A stretch of DNA of 21,134 nt from Campylobacterota bacterium. Lineage in GTDB: Bacteria > Campylobacterota > Campylobacteria > Campylobacterales > Sulfurimonadaceae. The notes below the pieces were generated by a model. It saw only the letters and a list, made by a program, of their open reading frames with translations, was not told the origin of the DNA and did not search any database. The translations under genes and the position numbers were made by a program. Positions within the stretch are counted from its first letter, which is position 1; every line of letters starts with the position of its first letter. Positions 10,343-18,376 of the stretch are shown one piece after another. The stretch is taken from positions 1 through 21,134 of the forward strand of contig JAYEKO010000024.1 in NCBI GenBank assembly GCA_034661055.1. The letters are read 5' to 3'.

Positions 10343-11130
10343 AACTCTTTGGCATCTTTGGTGATCCGGTATCACACTCACGTTCCCCTTTAATGCACAA
10401 CCGTGTCTTTACTAATTTACATGTAAATGCCTGTTACACTCGTATTCACCTAAAAGATGGTACGAAACTTAAGCATACTTTTTTTGATCTTGGCTTATCT
10501 GGTGCTAATGTTACCGTTCCTCATAAAGAGGCTGCATTTGAAGCTTGCGATGAAGTTCGCGGTTTCGCTAAAAAGATTGGAGTTGTCAACACACTCATTA
10601 ATGAGAATGGAAAACTTATTGGGTACAACACTGATGCTGACGGTTTTATTTACGCTATCTCCAACTTTAAACCCATTAAAACTGTTTTAATTATTGGAGC
10701 GGGAGGAACATCTAAAGCACTTGCCAATAAGTTTAAAGATGAAGGGCATGAGGTTGAAGTTTTAAACCGATCAGAAGGCAGGTTAACCTATTTTAAAGAG
10801 TTAGGTATTAACACATTCACTTGGGATAACATGCCAAGTAAAAATTACGACCTTGTTGTCAATACAACATCTGCAGGTCTTAGTGACAACAACTACCCTG
10901 CTCCACTCGAAATTTTAGAGCCTCTTATCTCTACATGTAAATTCTGTGCTGATGCTATCTATGGTAAAGTAACACCCTTTTTAGAACTAGCACAAACTCA
11001 TAATAAAACTTCAAAAGATGGGGCCGATATGCTACTTGGACAAGGTGTCTTAGCCAATGCGCTCTTTATTGACAATACACATAGCAATAAAGCTATTGAG
11101 AAAGAGATGAGAGAGAGTTTTAACCTGTAA
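10339..11130 (+). CDS. aroE: Shikimate dehydrogenase
   Basis: GDPVSHSRSPLMHN, GANVTVPHKE, VNTL, GYNTDADGF, GAGGT, NRS, NTTSAG, DGADMLLGQG. ATGA overlap with trpE. Confidence 0.95.
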   Translation: MKLFGIFGDPVSHSRSPLMHNRVFTNLHVNACYTRIHLKDGTKLKHTFFDLGLSGANVTVPHKEAAFEACDEVRGFAKKIGVVNTLINENGKLIGYNTDADGFIYAISNFKPIKTVLIIGAGGTSKALANKFKDEGHEVEVLNRSEGRLTYFKELGINTFTWDNMPSKNYDLVVNTTSAGLSDNNYPAPLEILEPLISTCKFCADAIYGKVTPFLELAQTHNKTSKDGADMLLGQGVLANALFIDNTHSNKAIEKEMRESFNL

Positions 11131-11146
11131 TAAAGATGTAATTTTT

Positions 11147-11164
11147 TTGGTATAAAATTTGCTT
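11147..11164 (+). promoter_or_regulatory. Putative sigma54 (-24/-12) promoter
   Basis: TTGG-TATAAAATTT-GCTT: GG-N10-GC with correct spacing and TTGCT at -12, about 12 nt before an AAGGA RBS. An embedded TAAAAT could alternatively be a sigma70 -10. Confidence 0.5.
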
Positions 11165-11185
11165 ATAAAAAATAAAAGGAAATTT

Positions 11186-11257
11186 ATGCGTAAAAAAGTC
11201 AATAATCACAGACGTCGTCGAACTACAAAAACAGTCAATAATCCAGATAGAATATAA
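11186..11257 (+). CDS. Small Arg/Lys-rich peptide, 23 aa (MRKKVNNHRRRRTTKTVNNPDRI)
   Basis: ATG with AAGGA RBS (11176-11180) and an upstream promoter motif. Fills the aroE-recR gap without overlaps. Confidence 0.5.
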   Translation: MRKKVNNHRRRRTTKTVNNPDRI

Positions 11258-11273
11258 CTCAATCTTTATGTTA

Positions 11274-11843
11274 TTAAACCTTCACCCTATCTTTAAGTGC
11301 ACGTGAAAGTGATAGCATATCAATATTTTCAAGGCTAACGCCAGTGGGAACCCCCTGAGCTATTCGGCTGAACTTAACATCCATATCTTCAAGTTTATCT
11401 TCTATAAACAAAATTACAGCATCGTTGGCAATTGATGGTGTTAGAGCAAAGATAACCTCTTGCACTCCACTCTCTACCATGTTTTTAAGATGTGTTACTT
11501 CAAGTTTCTCTAAAGAGTCCAGTACGAAATAACGCCCTTCAAAAAGACCGTTTTCTTCAATGGTCAAAATATCTTTAGCACTCTCAACAACACATAAAAG
11601 CTTAATATCTCGTATGTCATCAGAGCATATATAGCAGAGTTCATCTTCACTCATTCCACCGCATGAGGCACACTTTTTAAGACTACCAAGGGCATTTTCA
11701 ATAGCGTGAGCAATCTTCATAGCTGTAAAATTATCGTTCATTACCATATGGTATGCTAAACGCGTTGCCGATTTAGAACCGATGGTGGGAAGCTCCTCTA
11801 AAGCCTGAACCAAACGGTTAAATTTTTCTAATGAATGTTTCAT
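11274..11843 (-). CDS. recR: Recombination mediator RecR
   Basis: HhH LPTIGSKSATRLAY, Zn finger CASC...CYIC, Toprim LCVVE, RIAQGVPTG. Confidence 0.95.
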   Translation of the reverse strand: MKHSLEKFNRLVQALEELPTIGSKSATRLAYHMVMNDNFTAMKIAHAIENALGSLKKCASCGGMSEDELCYICSDDIRDIKLLCVVESAKDILTIEENGLFEGRYFVLDSLEKLEVTHLKNMVESGVQEVIFALTPSIANDAVILFIEDKLEDMDVKFSRIAQGVPTGVSLENIDMLSLSRALKDRVKV

Positions 11844-11849
11844 AAAAAG

Positions 11850-11855
11850 ATTGTA
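11850..11855 (-). promoter_or_regulatory. -10 box of probable leaderless recR transcript
   Basis: Minus strand reads GC-TACAAT-CTTTTT-ATG: -10 hexamer 6 nt before the ATG, with no RBS. Confidence 0.6.
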
Positions 11856-11884
11856 GCTTAGCTATGGTTTAGTACTCATTAGCC

Positions 11885-13321
11885 TTATTCTTTTAGGTAT
11901 TCATCAATTGAATTAGCAGCATCTCTACCCATTCCCATAGCTAGAATTACGGTTGCCTGACCAAGTGTAATATCACCACCTGCCCAGACACCATTTTTAG
12001 TAGTTTTTCCTGTCTTTGGATCTGCTTCAATATTTCCCCACTGATTTAACTTTAAGCTATCAGTAGTGTTGGTAAGTAGTGGATTTGCACTCGTTCCAAT
12101 AGATATAATTGCCAAATCACAATTGATATAATCATGCTTTCCTTCAATGGCTTCAGGTCTTCGTCTTCCACCATCATCAGGCTCTCCTAACTCCATTATT
12201 TGACAGTTAATTCCTGCTAGCTTTCCACTTGCATCACCAATAAATTCTATTGGTGATGTTAAAAATCTAAACTTCACACCCTCTTGTTCTGCATGATGTA
12301 GTTCAATTTCTCGTGATGGTGCCTCCTCTTTTGTACGTCTGTAAACAACCGTTACTGTTCTAGCACCTAGACGAATTGCTGTTCGTGCTGAATCCATCGC
12401 TACATTTCCAGCACCTAAAACAACTACATTTCGTCCTGGAATAATGGGAGTGTCATATTTTGGAAAAGCAAATGATTTCATTAGGTTAGCACGGGTTAAA
12501 TATTCATTTGCCGAAAAAACACCACTTAAATCTTCGCCCGGGATATTTAAAAAATTTGGAAGCCCTGCTCCAACACCAATAAATACGGCATCAAAATTCA
12601 TCTCTTGTAAAAGCTCGTCAATATCAATTGTTCTACCAATGACATTATTACACTCAATTTTTACACCAAGATTTTCAAGTGCCTCAAGCTCATAATCTAC
12701 AATATCTTTAGCCAATCTAAACTCTGGAATTCCATAGAGCAATACACCACCAGCTTTATGAAGTGCTTCATACATCACCACTTCATGACCTTTTTTAGCC
12801 AGATCTCCAGCTACTGTAATCCCAGCAGGACCACTCCCTACTACAGCAACTCTTTTACCAGTTTTTTCAGGAATTTCAACAATATTCCTAACTCCACTAG
12901 CCCGTGCCCAGTCAGCAATAAACATCTCAAGGTTACCTATACCAACAGGCTCTGAGCCTTTTTTATTTCCAACTACACATACTGCTTCGCACTGAATCTC
13001 TTGGGGACAAACTCTTCCACACACTGCCGGAAGTGCCGTCTTATCCCAAACAGTGTCAATAGAACCATCCAAGTCACCATCAACAATTTTCTCTAAAAAT
13101 TCTGGAATATTAATGCCTACAGGACATCCTGAAACACATTGAGGATCTTTACATTGAATGCAGCGTGCTGCTTCTAGCTGAGCTTCATGCAGACTATAAC
13201 CCAAAGTTACTTCATCAAAGCATCGGCTTCGAATTTCAGGTGCCAATTCAGCAATATTTTGTCTTGGTATTGCTCTACGCTCTTTTTTTGTTAAGTATTT
13301 AACTTCCGTCTCAAATTCCAT
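11885..13321 (-). CDS. nfnB: NfnB/SudA large subunit of electron-bifurcating transhydrogenase (GltD-like; often annotated NADPH-dependent glutamate synthase gltA)
   Basis: CIQCKDPQCVSGCP and CGRVCPQEIQCE...IGNLE [4Fe-4S] motifs, GSGPAG FAD motif, YGIPEFRL, GAGNVAMD, YRR NADPH motif. Directly downstream of nfnA, with no gltB in the window. Confidence 0.85.
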   Translation of the reverse strand: MEFETEVKYLTKKERRAIPRQNIAELAPEIRSRCFDEVTLGYSLHEAQLEAARCIQCKDPQCVSGCPVGINIPEFLEKIVDGDLDGSIDTVWDKTALPAVCGRVCPQEIQCEAVCVVGNKKGSEPVGIGNLEMFIADWARASGVRNIVEIPEKTGKRVAVVGSGPAGITVAGDLAKKGHEVVMYEALHKAGGVLLYGIPEFRLAKDIVDYELEALENLGVKIECNNVIGRTIDIDELLQEMNFDAVFIGVGAGLPNFLNIPGEDLSGVFSANEYLTRANLMKSFAFPKYDTPIIPGRNVVVLGAGNVAMDSARTAIRLGARTVTVVYRRTKEEAPSREIELHHAEQEGVKFRFLTSPIEFIGDASGKLAGINCQIMELGEPDDGGRRRPEAIEGKHDYINCDLAIISIGTSANPLLTNTTDSLKLNQWGNIEADPKTGKTTKNGVWAGGDITLGQATVILAMGMGRDAANSIDEYLKE

Positions 13322-13330
13322 TGCAATCTC

Positions 13331-14164
13331 CTAGTAGCTCAATTTGCAATACTCATTATCTGAACACTGCTCTTCTAATGCGTAAGCACCGAGTCGTCTT
13401 ATGAGACTGTCATAATCAACCTGATGACCATCAAATTCAGGGCCATCAACACAGGCAAACTTAACCTCATTATTAATAGTTACTCTACAGCCACCACACA
13501 TACCAGTTCCATCAATCATAATAGGGTTTAGGCTAACAATCGTTGGTACATTGTACTCTTTGGTCATTTTTGAGACAAATTTCATCATAGGCACAGGACC
13601 AATGGCAACAACTTGGCTCACTTCACCACTATCTAAAAGTTTTTTTAGCTCATCAGTTACAAAACCATGGTGACCTTTTGAGCCATCATCGGTACAGATA
13701 AGTAACTCATTAGACACACTCGCCATCTTATCTTGTAAAATCAAGTAACGTTCGCTACGTGCTCCTAAAATTGTAGTGACACTATTTCCAGCTTCAAAAT
13801 TACCTCGTGTAATAGGATGTAGTACTGCAGTACCCGTTCCCCCACCAACGCAGACAACTTTTCCATCAAATTTTTCAATATGAGTAGGCGAGCCAAGCGG
13901 TCCAACGACATCTTGAAACTCATCACCAATTTCAAGACTACTAAAGAGTCTTGTACTTTTGCCCACAACCATATAGATTATGGTAATAGTTCCTTTTTCT
14001 TTATTGACTTCTGCCATTGTAAGTGGAACCCGCTCCCCTGTTTCATTGGCTTTAACTATAACAAATTGTCCTGGTTGTGCTTTCTTTGCTATCTGTGCTG
14101 CTTCAATCTCATTTAAAAAAATTGAACCATCTGCCATCATCTCTTTAGCTACAATCTTAAACAT
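13331..14164 (-). CDS. nfnA: NfnA/SudB small subunit (FNR/PyrK-like FAD/NAD-binding, [2Fe-2S])
   Basis: PGQFVIV, GERVPLT, GPLG, GGGTG, TDDGS, IGPVPMMK, DGTGMCGGCR...FACVDGPEFD (Asp/Cys3 [2Fe-2S] motif). AAGGGG RBS. Confidence 0.87.
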   Translation of the reverse strand: MFKIVAKEMMADGSIFLNEIEAAQIAKKAQPGQFVIVKANETGERVPLTMAEVNKEKGTITIIYMVVGKSTRLFSSLEIGDEFQDVVGPLGSPTHIEKFDGKVVCVGGGTGTAVLHPITRGNFEAGNSVTTILGARSERYLILQDKMASVSNELLICTDDGSKGHHGFVTDELKKLLDSGEVSQVVAIGPVPMMKFVSKMTKEYNVPTIVSLNPIMIDGTGMCGGCRVTINNEVKFACVDGPEFDGHQVDYDSLIRRLGAYALEEQCSDNEYCKLSY

Positions 14165-14189
14165 CTCAACCCCTTAGGTTTAGCAATTC

Positions 14190-14250
14190 ATAAATTATAT
14201 AGAATTAAAACTTATTTTTATTATAATATTGTACAATATATATAATTTAT
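14190..14250. promoter_or_regulatory. Divergent promoters with mirrored -10 elements and palindromic operator candidate
   Basis: ATAAATTATATA (14190-14201) is the exact reverse complement of TATATAATTTAT (14239-14250). Each contains TATAAT facing its own gene. Perfect palindrome ATATTGTACAATAT at 14226-14239. Confidence 0.5.
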
Positions 14251-14266
14251 AATTCAGGAGTGGGAC

Positions 14267-14545
14267 ATGGATACGACTTATATAAAGGCACATCATGAGA
14301 TGGAAGAGCGCTACGCAAGGCTTGTATTTGAATATTTTACCAATAATCAGAGAAAAGAGATTTGTGATTCTGTTGCTAATGCAATTGAATTATTAGACAT
14401 AGCACCGTCACTAACAGTAACACCTACAAAAAATCAAGCTGGGGAATATAGCATTGAATTTCATGATGACTATGACAAAGAGAGTCATAAGTTCTTTGAA
14501 TCGTTAATCAAAGACCTTAAAATTAATCGTTGTGATGTAGATTAA
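14267..14545 (+). CDS. Hypothetical protein, 92 aa, acidic
   Basis: AGGAG RBS, upstream TATAAT, globular composition (IEFHDDYDKE). No family recognised. Stop overlaps the convergent mltA stop. Confidence 0.75.
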   Translation: MDTTYIKAHHEMEERYARLVFEYFTNNQRKEICDSVANAIELLDIAPSLTVTPTKNQAGEYSIEFHDDYDKESHKFFESLIKDLKINRCDVD

Positions 14546-15642
14546 AAAGAATTTTTTGGTAACATAATCCATACTTCCAATGGTGACTTTAAATTTCCAG
14601 CAATGGCTTCTGCTGTATCACCATAGCCCATAAACATATCGGCACGAACTGCTCCACGAATGGCACCACCAGTATCTTGTGCAAAGACAAACTGAGAGAC
14701 ACTGTAATCTTCTGAGTCACTCTGAACAAAGAGCATCGCCCCAAGTGGAATATAACGTCTGTCAATTGCCACTGAACGTTCAGGAGTCAATACCAATCCC
14801 ATTGCACCTGTTGCTGCTTTTTTTCTCTCTTTAAAAAAGACATTGCTCGCATTGCTATTGAGTATGGCATCGACCTCTTGAGGGTTTTCATTAAGATATT
14901 TTGTAATGCTTTGAAGTGAAATATCTTCTTTAGCAACTGCCCCACTTTTAATCAAGTCTCGACCAATTGAGTGGTAAGGATGTCCATTTTGATCACTATA
15001 GCCAACAAAAATAGTCTCACCACTTTTTAACATAACCCGTCCTGAACCTTGCACCTCTAAGAAAAATCTCTTTATCTTATTGTCAACGTAGCATATAATC
15101 TCTGAATCAAGTTTTTTTGAGTCAATCTCTGCTCTTGAGAAATAAGGAACAACTTTGTTGCCCACTAATCTACCTCGAACACGCCTGTTTTTAAGTTCTG
15201 GAAAGAGAGATGATAAATCTACATGTAAAAGATCATTAGGACGTGAATAGAGTGGATATTTATATACACTATCTTTCTCTAAACTCCCATGAAGAAGTGG
15301 CTCATAATAGCCTGTTAAAATTGGCTTCTCCTGTGTCGGCTCTATTTTATGTAGTGAAAAGTTCTCACTAAAAAAAAGTTTGGCATCTCTACTCTGCTGG
15401 GCTAATTTACATGTAGATTCATAAATTTTTTTAGCTTTAGAACTAATACAGTTATTTTTAAAGTTAATTAAGAGTTCATCGAAATCTTCATGCTCATAAC
15501 CTTTGGTTGAATCGGTTGTGTCTGGGCTCATTAAAGTGTTAGGATAACCATCTAATAAAGCTACTGGTTTTGGAGCACAGCCAAAGAAAAACAGTGTAAG
15601 AAAAAGAGTGAAAATTATTTGTTGCTTCATAAATGTAATCAT
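14542..15642 (-). CDS. mltA: Membrane-bound lytic murein transglycosylase A (lipoprotein)
   Basis: Lipobox FFFGC, TGYYEP, FFLEVQGSG, NGHPYHSIG, SVAIDRRYIPLG, AQDTGGAIRGAVRADMFMG (3D domain). ATGA overlap with the upstream gene. Alternative start at 15630. Confidence 0.92.
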   Translation of the reverse strand: MITFMKQQIIFTLFLTLFFFGCAPKPVALLDGYPNTLMSPDTTDSTKGYEHEDFDELLINFKNNCISSKAKKIYESTCKLAQQSRDAKLFFSENFSLHKIEPTQEKPILTGYYEPLLHGSLEKDSVYKYPLYSRPNDLLHVDLSSLFPELKNRRVRGRLVGNKVVPYFSRAEIDSKKLDSEIICYVDNKIKRFFLEVQGSGRVMLKSGETIFVGYSDQNGHPYHSIGRDLIKSGAVAKEDISLQSITKYLNENPQEVDAILNSNASNVFFKERKKAATGAMGLVLTPERSVAIDRRYIPLGAMLFVQSDSEDYSVSQFVFAQDTGGAIRGAVRADMFMGYGDTAEAIAGNLKSPLEVWIMLPKNSF

Positions 15643-16880
15643 AGTAAATTTTCGCTTAAATGCCCTGCAATATATCCACTAGAAAAAGACCATTGAAGGT
15701 TGTATCCACCACAAGGTCCATCCAAATCCATCACTTCACCACAGAAGTAAAGACCCTCAATTAGCTTACTCTGCATAGTTTTTGGATTAATCTCTTTTAG
15801 TGATATACCGCCGCGCGTTATCATCGCCATTTTAAAACCATCGTGTCCTGTAACAGTTAACGGCATTGCTGTAAGTAGTTTTATGACTGCTGCACGCTGT
15901 TTTCCTTCTTGTTTATTAAAGCCAACAGCAGAGTCAATAGAAGCCATATGACACACTTCAAGACAGAGTGATTCAGGCAGGAGTGTATTAATAAGCTCTA
16001 GAGTATTTTGATGTGGATTTTTTTGAAGTTCATTTTTAAAATGTAGCTGTACCTGCTCTTCATTCATCCCTTTTACTAAATTAATTAACAGTGGTACTTC
16101 ACCATGCTTTTTCAGAAGTGGAGTCACTTCGCGTGCAAAGTCAAGCACAAGAGGACCACGAATACCACTATTGGTAAATATAAGGTCCCCACGCTCTTTT
16201 AACGTTTTGGTCTTTGGTAGATTTACATGTAATTCAACTTTAGCAATGGTATCGGCTCTACAGTTTTTAACCCAGCTCTCTTTGGTATGTAGTGGCATCA
16301 TGGCTGGATAAAGTTCTTTAATTTTATGACCTACAGAAATTGCAAACTCATAGCCATCACCATCAGCACCGAGTTGAGGGTATCCCATTCCCCCTGTTGC
16401 AATAATGACACTAGGTGCTTCGTAGGTCTGTTCTTGTGTAGTAACGCCTGTAATCCTTTCGTTACTATTGAGTCGTAAAACTTTCTGTGAACATTTTACA
16501 TGTATATTAAGCCTACTCATCTCACTTTCAAGAGCAGAGATGATTGTTGTTGAGTTATGCGAAGTAGGAAAAATCCTGTAGCCATCAGGAGCATGACTTT
16601 CTACACCAATCTCTTTAAAAAATTCTACAAGGTCTTTGTGATCTAATGCATGTAATGACTCTGTCATAAAACGTCCCTCACGTCCAAATCGTGCCATAAA
16701 ATCAGCATTACTAAGTGTATTGGTCAAATTGCAACGCCCGCCACCTGTAGCCTTTAGTTTAGCCCCTATTTTGGAGAGTTTTTCTAAAAGTAAAACTGCC
16801 TTGCCTCGTCGTGCTGCGGTAATGGCCGCCATCATTCCAGCGGCACCAGCACCTACAACAATTACATCATACGTCATCAT
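15639..16880 (-). CDS. HI0933/YhiN (BaiN-like) NAD(P)/FAD-dependent flavoprotein
   Basis: VVGAGAAGMMAA, KLKATGGGRCNLTN, ATGG, ITRGGI, GEVMDLDGPCGGYNLQWSFSSG. Start 16880 or 16877 is more likely than 16898. Confidence 0.92.
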   Translation of the reverse strand: MMTYDVIVVGAGAAGMMAAITAARRGKAVLLLEKLSKIGAKLKATGGGRCNLTNTLSNADFMARFGREGRFMTESLHALDHKDLVEFFKEIGVESHAPDGYRIFPTSHNSTTIISALESEMSRLNIHVKCSQKVLRLNSNERITGVTTQEQTYEAPSVIIATGGMGYPQLGADGDGYEFAISVGHKIKELYPAMMPLHTKESWVKNCRADTIAKVELHVNLPKTKTLKERGDLIFTNSGIRGPLVLDFAREVTPLLKKHGEVPLLINLVKGMNEEQVQLHFKNELQKNPHQNTLELINTLLPESLCLEVCHMASIDSAVGFNKQEGKQRAAVIKLLTAMPLTVTGHDGFKMAMITRGGISLKEINPKTMQSKLIEGLYFCGEVMDLDGPCGGYNLQWSFSSGYIAGHLSENLL

Positions 16881-18102
16881 CTGCTTCAACATCACCATAA
16901 GGTAACTCTAGTGCTTCAATATGACCAATAGCAGACCCAGCAATACCTTGAAGTGAACCGTACATCTCAGTTGTATTGGCAAGGACTCCATCAATGAGTT
17001 TTTGACGGCGCTTCCAGCTTGCCATGAGAGAACGCTTCTCTTTATCGAGCTCTGTCTGCATTGCCATAAAACCATCGACAATAGTTCCTAGCTGCATACT
17101 AAACTCATTACTGCTCAAATAATTATAGAGCAGACTCATCTTATCGCTCTTATTCTCCTCTTTAGCAATGCTCTTATGGACTCGAATAAGACTCTCACGG
17201 AGCAGTGTACTACTCCCTTTGAACTCCTCCAAAGAGCATACCCAGATACCATCAACAAAACCCATTCTATCCATCTCTTTTGGCATTACTTGAGTTACCA
17301 AAACACCAATATCAGCACCAACTTTGAGCATATCATGCTTGAGCTTAACCACCCATTCACTGCTCCACGATTTAGCATTTTTACTCTCATAACAGATGCG
17401 TCCACAGTTTTGAACTTCTCTCGTGTGTACTACCTGAACGCAGTCTGCACCGTGAGCCCCTTTTTTTACCTCTTCAATACTGTCAAATACAAATTGTGAT
17501 GCCAGCCACTCTTCAATAGCTAGCTCTTGAGCTTCACCCTGAATCTGCATGGAACCCTGCTCTGCTTTTCGCTGAGCATCTTGGAGTTGACGTTTTAGCT
17601 GTTCCATCTGTTCACTCTGCTGTTTAAACTTTAGCTCATTGGTCTCATCAGCCAGTTTTAAAATCTTCTCTTTCTCAACTTTAAGCTGTTTACTCAAAGC
17701 GAGCTGGGCATCTGCTTTTACCTTTGATTCTATCTCATCTTTTTCACGTTTTAACTTTTCAACTTCTGCCTTACTTCTGTTTAACTCTTTTACCTGATTC
17801 GACTTCTCATCAAGCTCTTTTTTCAGCAGTGCTACTGATTCAGCCTGCTCCTCTTCTAACTGCTTTTTCAGATTTACATGTAATTTCTGTTTCTCTAGTT
17901 TTATCTGCTGTGCTGTCGCTTTTTCAAGCTCTTCATTAAAACTATCTTTTTGAACTTTTAGCTCATCAAAAGCCTTATCTAACTTTTTCTTCTCAATAAA
18001 GCTTTTCTCTTTAAATTCATCTTCGAGCTGATGGTAAAGAATTTCATTAACATCTATTTCAGTATGACAATTGGGACATTTAATGGTGGTTTTACTTGAC
18101 AT
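16867..18102 (-). CDS. DUF2130 family protein (Zn-ribbon-like start, long coiled coil, RmuC-like PD-(D/E)xK C-terminal domain)
   Basis: IKCPNCHTEIDV, long E/K/Q coiled coil, QGSMQIQGEAQELAIEEWL, GADC, YESKNAK. ATG 18102 has an AAGGAG RBS. Confidence 0.82.
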   Translation of the reverse strand: MSSKTTIKCPNCHTEIDVNEILYHQLEDEFKEKSFIEKKKLDKAFDELKVQKDSFNEELEKATAQQIKLEKQKLHVNLKKQLEEEQAESVALLKKELDEKSNQVKELNRSKAEVEKLKREKDEIESKVKADAQLALSKQLKVEKEKILKLADETNELKFKQQSEQMEQLKRQLQDAQRKAEQGSMQIQGEAQELAIEEWLASQFVFDSIEEVKKGAHGADCVQVVHTREVQNCGRICYESKNAKSWSSEWVVKLKHDMLKVGADIGVLVTQVMPKEMDRMGFVDGIWVCSLEEFKGSSTLLRESLIRVHKSIAKEENKSDKMSLLYNYLSSNEFSMQLGTIVDGFMAMQTELDKEKRSLMASWKRRQKLIDGVLANTTEMYGSLQGIAGSAIGHIEALELPYGDVEADDDV

Positions 18103-18181
18103 TTTCACTCCTTGTAGTTTTTAAATCAGCAACCTCTTTGTCGGTTTTTACTATAATCTCTAATTCAAACTTATTCTTCAA
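18092..18181 (-). CDS. Possible 29-aa ORF or gene remnant (MKNKFELEIIVKTDKEVADLKTTRSENVK)
   Basis: TTG start 6 nt after AAGGA. Stop overlaps the DUF2130 start region. No family recognised. Confidence 0.25.
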   Translation of the reverse strand: MKNKFELEIIVKTDKEVADLKTTRSENVK

Positions 18182-18208
18182 AATATATCCTTAAAAGAAA
18201 TTCATTTT

Positions 18209-18376
18209 TTAATTTAAGAGATTAATCCCTAATAGTATTAAAAGAATATATGGAAATTTTAGTATTACATACACAATAATAGCTCCTAAAAAAGCGCCTA
18301 GTAAATTCCCTACCTTAAATAGTAAAAAAATACCAACAAATATAGCAACGTAAGCTTGCCAACTCTTAATTTTCAT
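18209..18376 (-). CDS. Small hydrophobic membrane protein, 55 aa
   Basis: MKIKSWQAYVAIFVGIFLLFKVGNLLGAFLGAIIVYVILKFPYILLILLGINLLN*. GAGGAG RBS 7 nt upstream. Start overlaps the last codons of the R-M gene. Confidence 0.65.
   Translation of the reverse strand: MKIKSWQAYVAIFVGIFLLFKVGNLLGAFLGAIIVYVILKFPYILLILLGINLLN

Noticed and set aside
11885..13321. Glutamate synthase small subunit gltD / standalone gltA
   Set aside because: No gltB nearby. Pairing with an NfnA/SudB-type subunit favours NfnAB.
15370..15377. A8 tract in mltA (and GA run at the end of aroE) as phase-variation sites
   Set aside because: Short A/T tracts are common at this composition. The frames are intact and no long poly-G/C tract is present.
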